DNA of 64,000 nucleotides, taken from Pseudomonadota bacterium (GTDB lineage: Bacteria > Pseudomonadota > Alphaproteobacteria > Rhodobacterales > Rhodobacteraceae). The translations under genes were made by a program, and so were the position numbers. A model generated the notes under the pieces. The model was not told the origin of the DNA. It saw only the letters and a list, made by a program, of their open reading frames with translations, and ran no database searches. The DNA is taken from contig JBCCMQ010000008.1 of assembly GCA_039026235.1 (NCBI GenBank), positions 62,771 to 126,770 of the forward strand, given 5' to 3'. Of this stretch, positions 1 to 10,252 are shown piece after piece. How positions within the stretch are numbered: the first letter of the stretch is position 1; each line of letters starts with the position of its first letter.

Positions 1-624
1 ATCGGTATCGTCGCCGCCTACGCGATCCCGGAAGTGGTTGGCATGATCAATGGCTTCACCCTGGGCGTTCAAAAGACCAACCCCGATGTGACGGTCAAAG
101 TCGTCTGGCTGAATTCGTGGTTTGATCCGCCGAAGGCCCAGGATTCCGCGCGCGCGCTGATCGCCCAGCAGGCCGACGTGATATATTCGCTCTACCAGGA
201 CACGCCGTCGGTGGTGACCGTCGCCGAAGAGGAAGGTGTCTGGGTGATCAATACCTCGTCGGACATGAAGGAATATGCGCCGACATGGCTTCTTGCCTCG
301 CAGGTTGCCGACTGGTCCAACTACTTCATTGAAAGCGCGCAAGCCACGATTGACGGTACGTTCGAAGGCACACCCTACTGGGGCGGCATGGCCGATGGCG
401 CTGTCGATGTTAAAAGCTGGGCCGACGCGATTTCGGACGAAACCATGGCGATGATCGAAGAGGCGGCAACCGCGATGCGCGCGGGCGAGCTTCACCCGAT
501 CACCGGTCCCATTGTCGATCAGGAAGGAACCGAAATTCTGGCCGATGGCGTGGCGATCATGGATGCCGATCTTTTGGGGATCAACTGGCTGGTTTCGGGT
601 GTGGAGACGCGCCTGCCGAATTAA
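1..624 (+). CDS. BMP-family (basic membrane protein / nucleoside-binding type) ABC transporter substrate-binding protein, 5' end cut by window edge
   Basis: The frame is open from base 1 (IGIVAAYAIPEVVGM...) to TAA at 622-624. The VKVVWLNSWFDPPKA...ADVIYS pattern is typical of Bmp/PnrA-like binding proteins. The stop overlaps the next start (TAATG). Confidence 0.75.
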   Translation: MGIVAAYAIPEVVGMINGFTLGVQKTNPDVTVKVVWLNSWFDPPKAQDSARALIAQQADVIYSLYQDTPSVVTVAEEEGVWVINTSSDMKEYAPTWLLASQVADWSNYFIESAQATIDGTFEGTPYWGGMADGAVDVKSWADAISDETMAMIEEAATAMRAGELHPITGPIVDQEGTEILADGVAIMDADLLGINWLVSGVETRLPN

Positions 625-1931
625 TGTCGGCATTCCTTGCCCATCTGATCCACAGCCCGGAAAGGGGCCTGATCGAGCGCGTGGATGACGCGCTCGTTTT
701 AGTCTCGGCCGACGGAACCATCGAACGCGTCGTACCCGGCGGCTTTGACCCTGCCGCCAAGGACCTGCGTGGACAAGGCGTGCTGGTGCCCGGATTTGTG
801 GATCTACACATCCATGCACCTCAGTTTCCACAGTTGGGCGCCGCACTTGATGCGCCGCTGGAAGACTGGCTTTTTAAGTACACATTTCCGCTCGAGTCGC
901 GATTTGCGGACCTAAACTATGCGGCGGGGGTCTACCGCGCGCTGGTGGCGCGGCTTTTGTCGCTTGGTACCACAACGGCGGTCTATTTCGCGACAATCCA
1001 TCTGCCGGCCAGCCTTGAACTGGCCAGGATCTGCGTCGAACTGGGCCAGCGCGCGATTGTCGGACGCGTCGCCATGGACCTGGCCAGTGGCTGCCCGGAT
1101 TACTACCGTGATGCGGATGCCCAAGCATCCGTCGATGAAACCGCACGGTTCATCACAGCGGTCAGATCGCTGGACGGCAATGCGCTGGTTGAACCGGCGG
1201 TTACGCCCCGCTTCATCCCGGCCTGTAGCAATCATGCCCTGGAAGGTCTGGGCACGTTGGCGGCCGAAACCGGTGTACCGGTTCAAACGCATTGTTCCGA
1301 AAGCGACTGGGAGCATGCCCATGTGATCGAGCGGATGGGCATGACCGACACCGCCGCGCTGGACCAGTTCGGGCTTTTGACCGGACGTACAGTCCTGGCA
1401 CACTGTGGATTTGTCAGCGGCGGCGATCTTGATCTGATCAAGGACCGGGGCGCATGTATCGCCCACTGTCCCTTGTCCAATACGTTTTTCGCCAATGCGG
1501 TCCTTCCCCTGCGAATGGCGCTGGAAAAAGCGGTGCATGTCGGGCTTGGCACCGATATCTCCGGAGGGCCCAGCGCCTTTCTTCTGGATAATGCGCGCGC
1601 CGCAGTGGTTGCGTCCCGCATGCTGGAAGACGGAGTCGACCCGAACCTGCCGAGCGACCGGCGGGGTGCCGGCGCGGCCCGGATTGATTTTCGCGACGCA
1701 TTCTGGATGGCCACCCGGGGCGGCGCCTTGGCAATCGATTTACCCGTTGGCTGCTTCGCGCCGGGGCTGCAATTCGATGCGGTTCTTGTGGATCTGGCCG
1801 ACGACGCCGGCCCACCAGAAGATCATCTTCAGAAGATCGTCATGCGGGCGACAGCAGAAGACCTGCGGTCCACATGGGTGGCCGGCAGACTGGTCAGCTC
1901 GAAAACGGCTTTCCAAGTCCAAAATTCTTAA
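624..1931 (+). CDS. guaD: guanine deaminase (amidohydrolase superfamily)
   Basis: 435 aa with metal-ligand motifs PGFVDLHIHAPQ, HCSES and GLGTDISGG, arranged as in guanine deaminases. It is start-coupled to a nucleoside-type binding protein gene. Confidence 0.75.
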   Translation: MSAFLAHLIHSPERGLIERVDDALVLVSADGTIERVVPGGFDPAAKDLRGQGVLVPGFVDLHIHAPQFPQLGAALDAPLEDWLFKYTFPLESRFADLNYAAGVYRALVARLLSLGTTTAVYFATIHLPASLELARICVELGQRAIVGRVAMDLASGCPDYYRDADAQASVDETARFITAVRSLDGNALVEPAVTPRFIPACSNHALEGLGTLAAETGVPVQTHCSESDWEHAHVIERMGMTDTAALDQFGLLTGRTVLAHCGFVSGGDLDLIKDRGACIAHCPLSNTFFANAVLPLRMALEKAVHVGLGTDISGGPSAFLLDNARAAVVASRMLEDGVDPNLPSDRRGAGAARIDFRDAFWMATRGGALAIDLPVGCFAPGLQFDAVLVDLADDAGPPEDHLQKIVMRATAEDLRSTWVAGRLVSSKTAFQVQNS

Positions 1932-2949
1932 CCAGACCCCGCCGATAGGCGATCGACATGGCATCGGCCGGGATGTGCACTTCGTCGCGGATGTTCAGGG
2001 GCAGATCTTCGGGCCGCTGTTCTTCGACCAGGGGCTTGTCTTCGTTGTTGATCATCAGGCTTTCACCGATCAGGAATTCTTCGTCCGGCCTGCCTGTCGT
2101 ATCGGTTGCCACCTGGAAGATCCGCGTCTCATAGGCCGAGACCGGACAGACCGTGTCGGCAAAGAACTGTACATACCAGCTGTCATTCGGCTGGATAATG
2201 ATGACCGTCGAGAACGGATAGGTTAGCTGATAGGTGTAGACCACGCGCCGGCTGTCAGCCTCCACATCATCCGGGAACCGGTTGCCGCCTTCATCGTAAG
2301 CGATGTCAAAGGTCAGCCCGTAATCGGTTTCCTTAACCGAATAGAGTGGAAACCGGTCTTCTTCGTTGCCGCCAAAGGTTTCCTTGTGGACCCAGGGAAA
2401 ATGCGCGACGTCGTTGAAGTTCTCGACATGCCGGCTGGCCGCAGCGTGCCACGTGTCCGACGGCACGAAGACCTTCTTCAGCGCCGCGTCCTTGATGCCC
2501 GGCCAATCGGGCAGGGGCCAGATCGGGTCGTCGGCAAGGCAGGTCCACAAAATGCCATAGCGCTCTTCCGCACGCAGCGACTGAAGTTTGAGCCGTGGCG
2601 ACACCCGCGCAGACTGATCGGGGTTGGAAGGCACTTTTGTGCAGCTTCCCGCGCCGTCAAAATGCAGCCCGTGCATGGGACAGATCAGTTGATCCCCATC
2701 GATGCGACCGTTGCTTAGCCGGGTGCCGCGATGTGGACAGAGGTCCCGCGCAACAGACAGTCCGGCCGGTGTGCGCCAGATTACCAGATCCACGTCAAGC
2801 AGCCGTGCGGCGACCGGCTCTGCGGCGATCTCATGACAAAAGGCGACCGGGTGCCAGAACCGGGACAGGACGTGCCAGTCCGACGGCTCAAAACTCGAAT
2901 GCCTCGGCAGATCGTTCGGTACCTTCTCAGAGGAAAGAGGAAGAAACAT
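1894..2949 (-). CDS. Rieske [2Fe-2S] non-heme iron oxygenase, alpha-subunit/VanA-like
   Basis: 351 aa. Rieske motif CPHRGTRLSNG...CPMHGLHFD is near the N-terminus, followed by a catalytic-domain-like C-terminus (NFNDVAHFPWVH). Confidence 0.8.
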   Translation of the reverse strand: MFLPLSSEKVPNDLPRHSSFEPSDWHVLSRFWHPVAFCHEIAAEPVAARLLDVDLVIWRTPAGLSVARDLCPHRGTRLSNGRIDGDQLICPMHGLHFDGAGSCTKVPSNPDQSARVSPRLKLQSLRAEERYGILWTCLADDPIWPLPDWPGIKDAALKKVFVPSDTWHAAASRHVENFNDVAHFPWVHKETFGGNEEDRFPLYSVKETDYGLTFDIAYDEGGNRFPDDVEADSRRVVYTYQLTYPFSTVIIIQPNDSWYVQFFADTVCPVSAYETRIFQVATDTTGRPDEEFLIGESLMINNEDKPLVEEQRPEDLPLNIRDEVHIPADAMSIAYRRGLVKNFGLGKPFSS

Positions 2950-3042
2950 GATTTAAGCTAATATGTTGGCAACGCCGCCCGCAACCGGCGGCTGCCCTCA
3001 ACTGCCCGCCCGGGTTCCCTGAACGCACCAGCGCACATTGCT

Positions 3043-3843
3043 TCAGCTTTGCGGCTCCATGTCGCTGACAATTTCGTTCCGGTTTGAAAAAATCGCTTCG
3101 GTCAAGCGCCGCGAGGCGCTTTGCAGGATCCCGCGCTGCGCAATCGCATCCGGAATGGAAATGCGCTGGGTTGGCCCGTGAAAGGCCAGCGCCGCGACGA
3201 ATTTACCGTCCCAGTCGGTAACCGGAACGGCAATGGCGATCATCCCGTCCAGAAACTCTTCTTCATCCAGCGAATACCCTCTCTTGCCGATTGCTGAGAG
3301 TTCATCAAGCAACGCCAGCGGTTCGGTGTGGGTCGCTGAGGTCAGAGGTGCCATGTTAAGCGCGGCGACAAAGCGGCCACGCACTGCGGACGACAGGCTG
3401 GCCATGAAGCATTTTCCGCTGGCCGTGCAGTGAAACGGAACATGGGTGCCAATTGGCAGCTGAATGCGAAAGGCCCAATCGGTTTCAACCCGATCAAGAT
3501 AGCTCATGCCGTCATCTTCGGGCACAACGAAATTGACGGTTTCACCCACCTCTTCGGCCACCTGCGAAAGGATCTGCCGGCGGGCTATGTGGATGCGAGA
3601 GTTGTTCAGAAGCGCGGCGCCCAGGTCCCGCAGGCGTCTTGCCGTGTGGTAGCGTTTAGAGCGCCCCTGCCGGGAAATGAACCCTTGTTTTTCAAGGGTG
3701 GTGCAAAGACGCTGCACCGTCTGCTTGGGCAGTCCGAGGGTATGGTTGATCTCGGTCGCCGTCATCGGATGGGCGCTTTTGCCGAGTACTTCCAAGATCA
3801 TCAGCGTTCTCAGGTTTGTCGGAATGCGATCTTGGTTTTCCAT
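3043..3843 (-). CDS. IclR-family transcriptional regulator
   Basis: 266 aa with an N-terminal wHTH (LMILEVLGKSAHPMTATEINHTLGLPKQTVQRLCTTLEKQGFI) and a C-terminal IclR effector domain. It is divergent from the GMC oxidoreductase/TRAP genes. Confidence 0.85.
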   Translation of the reverse strand: MENQDRIPTNLRTLMILEVLGKSAHPMTATEINHTLGLPKQTVQRLCTTLEKQGFISRQGRSKRYHTARRLRDLGAALLNNSRIHIARRQILSQVAEEVGETVNFVVPEDDGMSYLDRVETDWAFRIQLPIGTHVPFHCTASGKCFMASLSSAVRGRFVAALNMAPLTSATHTEPLALLDELSAIGKRGYSLDEEEFLDGMIAIAVPVTDWDGKFVAALAFHGPTQRISIPDAIAQRGILQSASRRLTEAIFSNRNEIVSDMEPQS

Positions 3844-3953
3844 GGATCAGACGTGGCACGGGAATTGGGAGTTGTTTTGAGATCGAATTACTGTAGCTTG
3901 GTTTTTATGCAAAAATCGAGACCAAAAGTCTCATTTTTTAGCATTGGGGAGAT

Positions 3954-5555
3954 ATGGAATTTGATTTCGTCATCGTCGGGGCCGGGTCGGCGGGCTGTGT
4001 GCTCGCCAACCGACTGTCTGCGAACGGACGACATTCGGTCGCACTTTTGGAAGCGGGGCCGCCCGATACCAATCCATGGATCCACATCCCGGTGGGATAT
4101 TTCCGCACCATGGGAAACCCGAAATCCGACTGGCGTTACAGGACCGAAGCCGATGATGGCATTGCCGGTCGTTCGATTGCGTGGCCACGCGGGCGCGTGC
4201 TTGGCGGATCAAGCTCGATCAACGGTCTTCTCTACGTGCGTGGGCAGCCGCAAGACTTTGACGGTTGGGCACAGATGGGCTGCACAGGCTGGGGCTGGGA
4301 TGATGTGCTTCCGTTTTTCAGGCGCTCTGAGACCTGGAAGGGTCCGAACGGAACCGATTTGCGCGGCACCGATGGTCCGTTGTCGGTGCAGACCACGCGG
4401 CTGAACCGAGAAATTGTCGATCACTGGGTGAGTGCCGCCGTGGCGGCAGGATACCGGCGCACGGAAGATTACAACGACTATGATCAGGAAGGGGTTGGCT
4501 ACTTTCAGCTTACCATGACCGGCGGCAGGCGCTGTTCATCGTCGGTCGCCTATCTGAAGCCTGCACGCACGCGCAAGAACCTGAAGATCCTGACCGACAC
4601 GCAGACCGAGAAGGTGATCCTGAAGGAACGCAGGGCAATCGGTGTCCGGACGCGCAGCAACGGCAAATCCGAAGATATCCACGCCCGGCGCGAGGTCATT
4701 CTGTGCGCGGGCGCCATCGGCTCGCCCCAGATCCTGATGCTGTCGGGGGTCGGCGACCCGGAAGATATCCGGCCGCACGGGATCGAAATGGCCGCCAACA
4801 TCCCCGGCGTGGGCAAGAACCTGCAAGATCACCTGCAGGCCAGACCGGTCTTTAAAACGGACCTGAGCACCATCAACGTCGAGACGGACAATCTGTGGAA
4901 GCAGATGATGATCGCGGCCCAGTACGCGCTGACCCAAACAGGTCCCATGACCATGGCGGCTAGCCTCGGCACGGCGTTCCTGAAAACCGAACCACACCTT
5001 GAGACGCCGGACATCCAGTTCCACATCCAACCCTTCAGCGCCGACAGCCCGGGGGAAGGCACGCATCCGTTTTCGGCATTCACGGCTTCGGTCTTGCAGC
5101 TGCGCCCGGAAAGCGCCGGCCATCTGACACTGAAGTCGGCCAATATGGACGACCATCCGTCGATTCATCCAAATTATCTGGCCACAGACACCGACCGGCG
5201 CACCTTGGTCAAAGGCATTCAGGTCGCCCGGCGTATCGCAGAACACGAACCGCTGAAGTCCCACATCTCTGAGGAATTCGCCCCGGGGCAGGACGTGGGC
5301 TCAGACGATGAAGAGGCGATCCTCGACTGGGCCCGAAAGACGTCAGTGACGATCTATCACCCCACGGGCACCTGCAAGATGGGAATCGATCCCATGGCCG
5401 TTGTCGACCCGCGCCTGCGGGTGATCGGCATCGAAGGTCTTCGGGTGGCGGACGCCTCGATCATGCCGCGCATCACCAGCGGAAACACAAATGCCCCAGC
5501 GATCATGATCGGAGAAAAGGCCGGTGACATGATCCTTGAGGACGCGCAACAATGA
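3954..5555 (+). CDS. GMC-family FAD oxidoreductase (choline/alcohol dehydrogenase-like)
   Basis: 533 aa with an N-terminal FAD fold (FDFVIVGAGSAGCVLANRLS), the GGSSSINGLLYVRG motif and a C-terminal GMC signature (HPTGTCKMG...GNTNAP). Confidence 0.85.
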   Translation: MEFDFVIVGAGSAGCVLANRLSANGRHSVALLEAGPPDTNPWIHIPVGYFRTMGNPKSDWRYRTEADDGIAGRSIAWPRGRVLGGSSSINGLLYVRGQPQDFDGWAQMGCTGWGWDDVLPFFRRSETWKGPNGTDLRGTDGPLSVQTTRLNREIVDHWVSAAVAAGYRRTEDYNDYDQEGVGYFQLTMTGGRRCSSSVAYLKPARTRKNLKILTDTQTEKVILKERRAIGVRTRSNGKSEDIHARREVILCAGAIGSPQILMLSGVGDPEDIRPHGIEMAANIPGVGKNLQDHLQARPVFKTDLSTINVETDNLWKQMMIAAQYALTQTGPMTMAASLGTAFLKTEPHLETPDIQFHIQPFSADSPGEGTHPFSAFTASVLQLRPESAGHLTLKSANMDDHPSIHPNYLATDTDRRTLVKGIQVARRIAEHEPLKSHISEEFAPGQDVGSDDEEAILDWARKTSVTIYHPTGTCKMGIDPMAVVDPRLRVIGIEGLRVADASIMPRITSGNTNAPAIMIGEKAGDMILEDAQQ

Positions 5556-5696
5556 CACGGAATTTGGGCAGCAAAGGGCATTTCGGCAAAGAACCGAAGC
5601 CCTGGGCAAAGGAGTAACTGGAAACGCCGGGCGCAGCGCCTTCGTCTCCCGGCTCAACGATCGAACAAGAAGGCTACGAACACAGGGAGGAGAACC

Positions 5697-6791
5697 ATGT
5701 TCAAACTAAAGACCCTTGCGACTGGCGCAGCGGCGCTGTCGCTCATGGCCTCGGCTGCCGTTGCCGAGACAGTCATCCGCGTCCAGTCGGTGATCCCGGC
5801 GCAGGCGGACGAAGTCACCATGCTGAACGAGTTTGCCACGGACGTCGCAGAACTGACCAACGGCGAGGTCAGGATCGAGGTTCTGCCCGCAGGTGCCGTG
5901 GTTGGCGTTCGCGAAACACTGGACGCCGTGGACAGCGGCCTGATCGAAGGTGGCTTTGCCTGGACACACTATTGGTCGGGCAAGCATCCGGCCGCTATGC
6001 TGTTCGGTTCACCCGTTGCCGGCGCCGGTGTCGGCATCGACAACATCGCCTTCCTCAGCTGGTTCCAATACGGCGGCGGAAAAGAGCTTTACGACCAGCT
6101 TTGGGACGAAATGGGCGTCAACGTGAAGGGATTCATGTTGCAGCCGGTTGGGCCCGAAGCGCTGGGCTGGTTCTCAGAGCCGATCACATCGATGGAGGAT
6201 TTCCGCAAGTACCGCTTCCGGACGCCTCCGGGCATCCCCGGCCAGACCTATAAGGATATCGGCGTGGCGTCGGTGGCCATGGGTGGCGGCGACATCTTGC
6301 CAGCGCTCGAAAAAGGCACGATCGATGCGGCGGAATGGTGCTGTCCAAAGCCGGATTCGGTCTTTGGCTTCCAGAAGGTGCTGAAGCACTACTATCTGCA
6401 GGGCCTCCACCAGGTGGTGGTGAATGCCGATCTCTACATAAACGGCGACGTCTATGACAGCCTGACGCCACTGCAGCAGAAGGCGCTGGAAGTTGCGGCC
6501 AACGCGTCGCTGTCCAAGGCCATGTCCTATCGGATCTACGAAAACGGCAAGGCCCTGAAGGATTTGACCGAAAACCACGGCGTCATCCTGCATGACACGC
6601 CCGAAGACTACTTCACGCAGTACATGGAAGCGGCCAAGGCCGCGCTGGAAACCAACGCTGCCGAGAACGAGTTTTTCGCGGAAGTGTGGCAGAGCCAGAA
6701 GGACTTTGCAGAGATCGCAGTTCCTTTCTGGGCCGGTGCCCAGACCTCAAACGCGAACTTGGGCAAGGCCTTCGCGGACAGCCTGAAGTAA
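5697..6791 (+). CDS. TRAP transporter substrate-binding protein (DctP-like, COG4663 type)
   Basis: 364 aa with a signal peptide (AAALSLMASAAVA). Its length and sequence are DctP-like, and it lies directly upstream of a TRAP membrane component. Confidence 0.85.
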   Translation: MFKLKTLATGAAALSLMASAAVAETVIRVQSVIPAQADEVTMLNEFATDVAELTNGEVRIEVLPAGAVVGVRETLDAVDSGLIEGGFAWTHYWSGKHPAAMLFGSPVAGAGVGIDNIAFLSWFQYGGGKELYDQLWDEMGVNVKGFMLQPVGPEALGWFSEPITSMEDFRKYRFRTPPGIPGQTYKDIGVASVAMGGGDILPALEKGTIDAAEWCCPKPDSVFGFQKVLKHYYLQGLHQVVVNADLYINGDVYDSLTPLQQKALEVAANASLSKAMSYRIYENGKALKDLTENHGVILHDTPEDYFTQYMEAAKAALETNAAENEFFAEVWQSQKDFAEIAVPFWAGAQTSNANLGKAFADSLK

Positions 6792-6868
6792 AACGCAGCT
6801 GAAAGAATGGAAGGCGCGGCGCCTGCCGGGCCTTCCCACCAAACACGCGGCCAACGGGGACAAGTGGC

Positions 6869-9181
6869 ATGGCCAACGAGGTGGCAGCCGAAGAGCTGGA
6901 CATCACCGATGAACTGATCGCGGAAAGACGGTCCGGCGCGCCGGGGGAAACACCTCCGGACATGACGCCATGGATGCGCCCGATTGTTTCATTCATCGAC
7001 CGGCTGAACCTTTGGGCCGGTCGCATCATCTGTCTTCTGACCGTCCCTTTGGTCCTTGTGATCGTCTATGAGGTCTTTTCGCGCAATATGTTCGCGATCC
7101 TGACCCAGAACGGCCTGAACGATGTGGCCATTGCCTGGGGATTTGGACCAACCCTTTGGGTGTATGATGTCAGTCGGATGCTGGCGGGCGTGTTGTTCAT
7201 GGCGGCGGCCGGCTATGCGCTGATGCGCGGCGTCCATATCCGTGCAGACTTTCTTTACCGAAGCTGGTCGGTCAAAACGCAGGCCACCGTAGACGCCACG
7301 CTTTATCTGGCGCTTTACCTGCCTGCGATGCTGTTCTTCACATGGGTGTCGGCCGAATACTGGCTGAAGGCCTTTGTGTCGGGTGAGCAAGCATCGGACT
7401 CGACCTGGGCGCCAATCCTGTGGCCCGCGCGTCTGGCCATGCCGGTGGGCGCGGCGCTTTTGTTCCTGCAGGGCTTTCCGGAACTCTTTCGCGCGCTTTA
7501 CGACATGGGCGAGGCGCGGGCGCGAAAATTCATCCGCTTTCTGCCCGTTTACCTGGTCCTTCTTGCACTCGTTACCGCGGGCGTCTTTTTTCCCGATCTG
7601 GTGCCGTTGGGCGATCTTTGGGAAGGCGCCTTTGGCGACGGTCCCGGGATCGATAAACCGACCATCGGCTTGATTATGCTTGGCGTGATGCTTTTTGCGA
7701 TCTTCATCGGCTTCCCGATCTCCTTCACGCTGATCTTCCTGGGTTTCGTCTTTGGGACCTGGGGCGCCAATTTCAAACTGGCCACCTTTCTGATGACGCT
7801 GCAAACCAACTCGGTGATGCTGTCCGATCAGCTGGTTGCCGTGCCGCTCTTCATCTTCATGGGCATCGTGATGGAACAGGCCGGGCTGATGGAGCGTCTG
7901 TTTCAGGCCGTCCAAATGATGATGAGCCGGACGCGGGGCGCGCTTTTCATCGCCGTGCTGTTTGTGTCGACCATTTTCGCTGCCGCCACTGGCATCGTCG
8001 GCGCGTCGGTTACAATCCTTGGGATCATGGCTGCCCGCACCATGAACAAGTCGGGCTACAACGTGCGCCTGGCGGCGGGAACGATAACCGCAGGTGGCAC
8101 CCTTGGCATCCTGATCCCGCCTTCGATCATGCTGATTGTCATGGGCCCTGTGCTGGAGGTTCCGGTCACGGACCTCTTCCGCGCAGCAATCATTCCCGGC
8201 GTGATGCTCGCCGGGCTGTACCTGCTTTATTCATTGGGTCGCTGCTGGCTCGATCCGACCATGGGACCGATCCTGCCACCGGAAGAGCAGCCGGTGACCT
8301 CACGCTACTACCTCTTGGAGGTGGTGCTTGTGATGGCCTCGCTGGTCTTTCTGATCTGGTTGATCACACGTGGGCTGACAGTTGGCTTCGGATTTCCCAT
8401 GGGTGCTCTGGTCGTGCCGCTGGTCTGGGTCGCGATCATGTACGCGGTCTATCTTTGGCTCGACAAGGCGCGACCCGGCGAATTCTACTTCTCTCCGCTC
8501 TGGTACGAATTTTTCATGGGTCTGGTGCCGCCCACGGTTCTGATCGCTTTTGCACTCGGGTCTATTCTGGCCGGCTGGGCAACGCCGGCCGAGGCCTCTG
8601 CCTGCGGCGCCTTCGGGGCGGTGCTCTTGTCGCTCCTTTACCGGAAGTTCACCTTCCCGGGTCTTTACGACGCGCTTATCAAGACCCTTGAGATCACGGT
8701 TTTGATCATGTTCCTTGTGGCCGCCTCGAACTTCTTCGGCGCGGTTTTCTCGAACCTCGGAACACCCAAAATGCTGACCGAGCTGCTGCTCAGTCTCGAT
8801 ATGTCGCCAGTCTTTGTCCTGCTCTTGATCATGGCGTTGATTTTCCTGCTGGGCTGGCCACTGGAGTGGGTGCCGATTGTCCTGATCATCGTCCCGATCC
8901 TGATCCCGACGGTCACTTCGCTGGATCTTGGGTTCGAGAATACCCAAAATCTGCTGATCTGGTTTGCTATCCTTGTGGCGGTGAACTTGCAGACGGCATG
9001 GCTCAGTCCGCCCGTGGCGCTTTCGGCCTATTTCCTGAAGGGCGTCGTGCCGGAATGGGATCTCAAAGACATCTATCTGGGCATGATGCAGTTCATGGTC
9101 ATCCAGTTGATTGGTCTGATCCTGATCTTTGCCTTTCCCCAGATCGCGCTTTGGCTGCCGACACAGGTGTTTGGGCAGTAG
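6869..9181 (+). CDS. TRAP transporter fused small/large permease (DctQ-DctM fusion)
   Basis: 770 aa and very hydrophobic. An N-terminal region of about 200 aa (DctQ-like) is fused to a DctM-like 12-TM domain. It follows the TRAP binding protein. Confidence 0.85.
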   Translation: MANEVAAEELDITDELIAERRSGAPGETPPDMTPWMRPIVSFIDRLNLWAGRIICLLTVPLVLVIVYEVFSRNMFAILTQNGLNDVAIAWGFGPTLWVYDVSRMLAGVLFMAAAGYALMRGVHIRADFLYRSWSVKTQATVDATLYLALYLPAMLFFTWVSAEYWLKAFVSGEQASDSTWAPILWPARLAMPVGAALLFLQGFPELFRALYDMGEARARKFIRFLPVYLVLLALVTAGVFFPDLVPLGDLWEGAFGDGPGIDKPTIGLIMLGVMLFAIFIGFPISFTLIFLGFVFGTWGANFKLATFLMTLQTNSVMLSDQLVAVPLFIFMGIVMEQAGLMERLFQAVQMMMSRTRGALFIAVLFVSTIFAAATGIVGASVTILGIMAARTMNKSGYNVRLAAGTITAGGTLGILIPPSIMLIVMGPVLEVPVTDLFRAAIIPGVMLAGLYLLYSLGRCWLDPTMGPILPPEEQPVTSRYYLLEVVLVMASLVFLIWLITRGLTVGFGFPMGALVVPLVWVAIMYAVYLWLDKARPGEFYFSPLWYEFFMGLVPPTVLIAFALGSILAGWATPAEASACGAFGAVLLSLLYRKFTFPGLYDALIKTLEITVLIMFLVAASNFFGAVFSNLGTPKMLTELLLSLDMSPVFVLLLIMALIFLLGWPLEWVPIVLIIVPILIPTVTSLDLGFENTQNLLIWFAILVAVNLQTAWLSPPVALSAYFLKGVVPEWDLKDIYLGMMQFMVIQLIGLILIFAFPQIALWLPTQVFGQ

Positions 9182-9184
9182 GGT

Positions 9185-10228
9185 ATGGCCGGATCCCGTT
9201 CCACGCTTTCCTACCTGAAATGGCCGCTGATCGTGACCTTCGTGGGGTTGGTGCTGTCGGCCTGGCTGGGCATGTCGACGGAAGGCACCATGCAGGGGCT
9301 CTTTTCGTTTCTGCTGATCGGGCTGGTTCTCGCCGCGCTTGAGATTTCGCTGTCCTTCGACAACGCGATCGTAAACGCCAACAAGCTGCACGAGATGACA
9401 CCGGTCTGGCAAAGACGCTTTCTGACCTGGGGCATCCTGATCGCGGTTTTTGGCATGCGGATCGTTTTTCCGCTGGCAATCGTCGCGGTCTTCGCCTGGA
9501 TCAACCCGTTCGAGGCGGTGCGGCTGGCCCTGGCCGAGCCCGATGAATACTCGGCCATCATCGAAGAAGCGCACGGGTCGATAGCGGCCTTTGGCGGAAC
9601 CTTTCTGATGATGGTGGCGCTCAAGTTCTTTGTCGACGAAGACAAGTCGATTGATTGGATCGTCGGTCTTGAGCGCAGGCTGCGGATGTGCGGCTCGATC
9701 CGCGGTTTCGAGATCGCGTTCGTGCTCGTCATCGTGGTGGTCGTGTCCCAAGCCCTGAATGAGAGCTTTCAGGGGTCTTTTCTGTTCTCGGCCATCATGG
9801 GGCTGCTGGTCTTCACGGTGGTCGACGGTGTGGGAAACATGCTCGATCAGTCGTCAGACACGGCCGTGCAGGTTGGCGCGCGGGGCGGGTTAGGTGCCTT
9901 TCTCTACCTTGAGGTGCTTGATGCGAGCTTTTCCTTTGACGGCGTGATCGGTGCATTCGCCCTGACCACGAACATCGTGCTGATCGCCATCGGCCTTGGC
10001 ATCGGCGCCATGTACGTGCGGTCCATGACAATCATGCTGGTAGAAAAGGGAACCCTGCAGAACTTCCGGTATCTGGAACACGGCGCATTCTATTCGATCT
10101 TTGCTTTATCTCTGATCATGTTCATGCAGTCGCTGACCCATGTCCCTGAAACGCTGACGGGTTTTATTGGGGTTGCCTTTATCGGCTACGCCTTGCTCTC
10201 TTCCATTAAGTACAACTCAGCACCTTAG
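9185..10228 (+). CDS. DUF475 (TerC-related) integral membrane protein
   Basis: 347 aa polytopic membrane protein with the ALEISLSFDNAIVNA motif characteristic of the DUF475/TerC-like family. It starts 4 nt after the TRAP permease stop. Confidence 0.65.
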   Translation: MAGSRSTLSYLKWPLIVTFVGLVLSAWLGMSTEGTMQGLFSFLLIGLVLAALEISLSFDNAIVNANKLHEMTPVWQRRFLTWGILIAVFGMRIVFPLAIVAVFAWINPFEAVRLALAEPDEYSAIIEEAHGSIAAFGGTFLMMVALKFFVDEDKSIDWIVGLERRLRMCGSIRGFEIAFVLVIVVVVSQALNESFQGSFLFSAIMGLLVFTVVDGVGNMLDQSSDTAVQVGARGGLGAFLYLEVLDASFSFDGVIGAFALTTNIVLIAIGLGIGAMYVRSMTIMLVEKGTLQNFRYLEHGAFYSIFALSLIMFMQSLTHVPETLTGFIGVAFIGYALLSSIKYNSAP

Positions 10229-10252
10229 TCGGAATACAGGGATCCCCGCGCA

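Noticed and set aside
3430-4404. 324-aa plus-strand ORF overlapping the IclR gene (antisense) and the GMC oxidoreductase start
   Set aside because: It overlaps two confidently assigned genes, has Arg/Gly/Cys-rich composition, and crosses an intergenic region without a plausible RBS.
8300-9751. 483-aa minus-strand ORF spanning the TRAP permease / DUF475 junction
   Set aside because: It is antisense to two well-supported membrane-protein genes. Its translation is an R/H/D/Q/E-rich low-complexity string typical of shadow ORFs in high-GC DNA.
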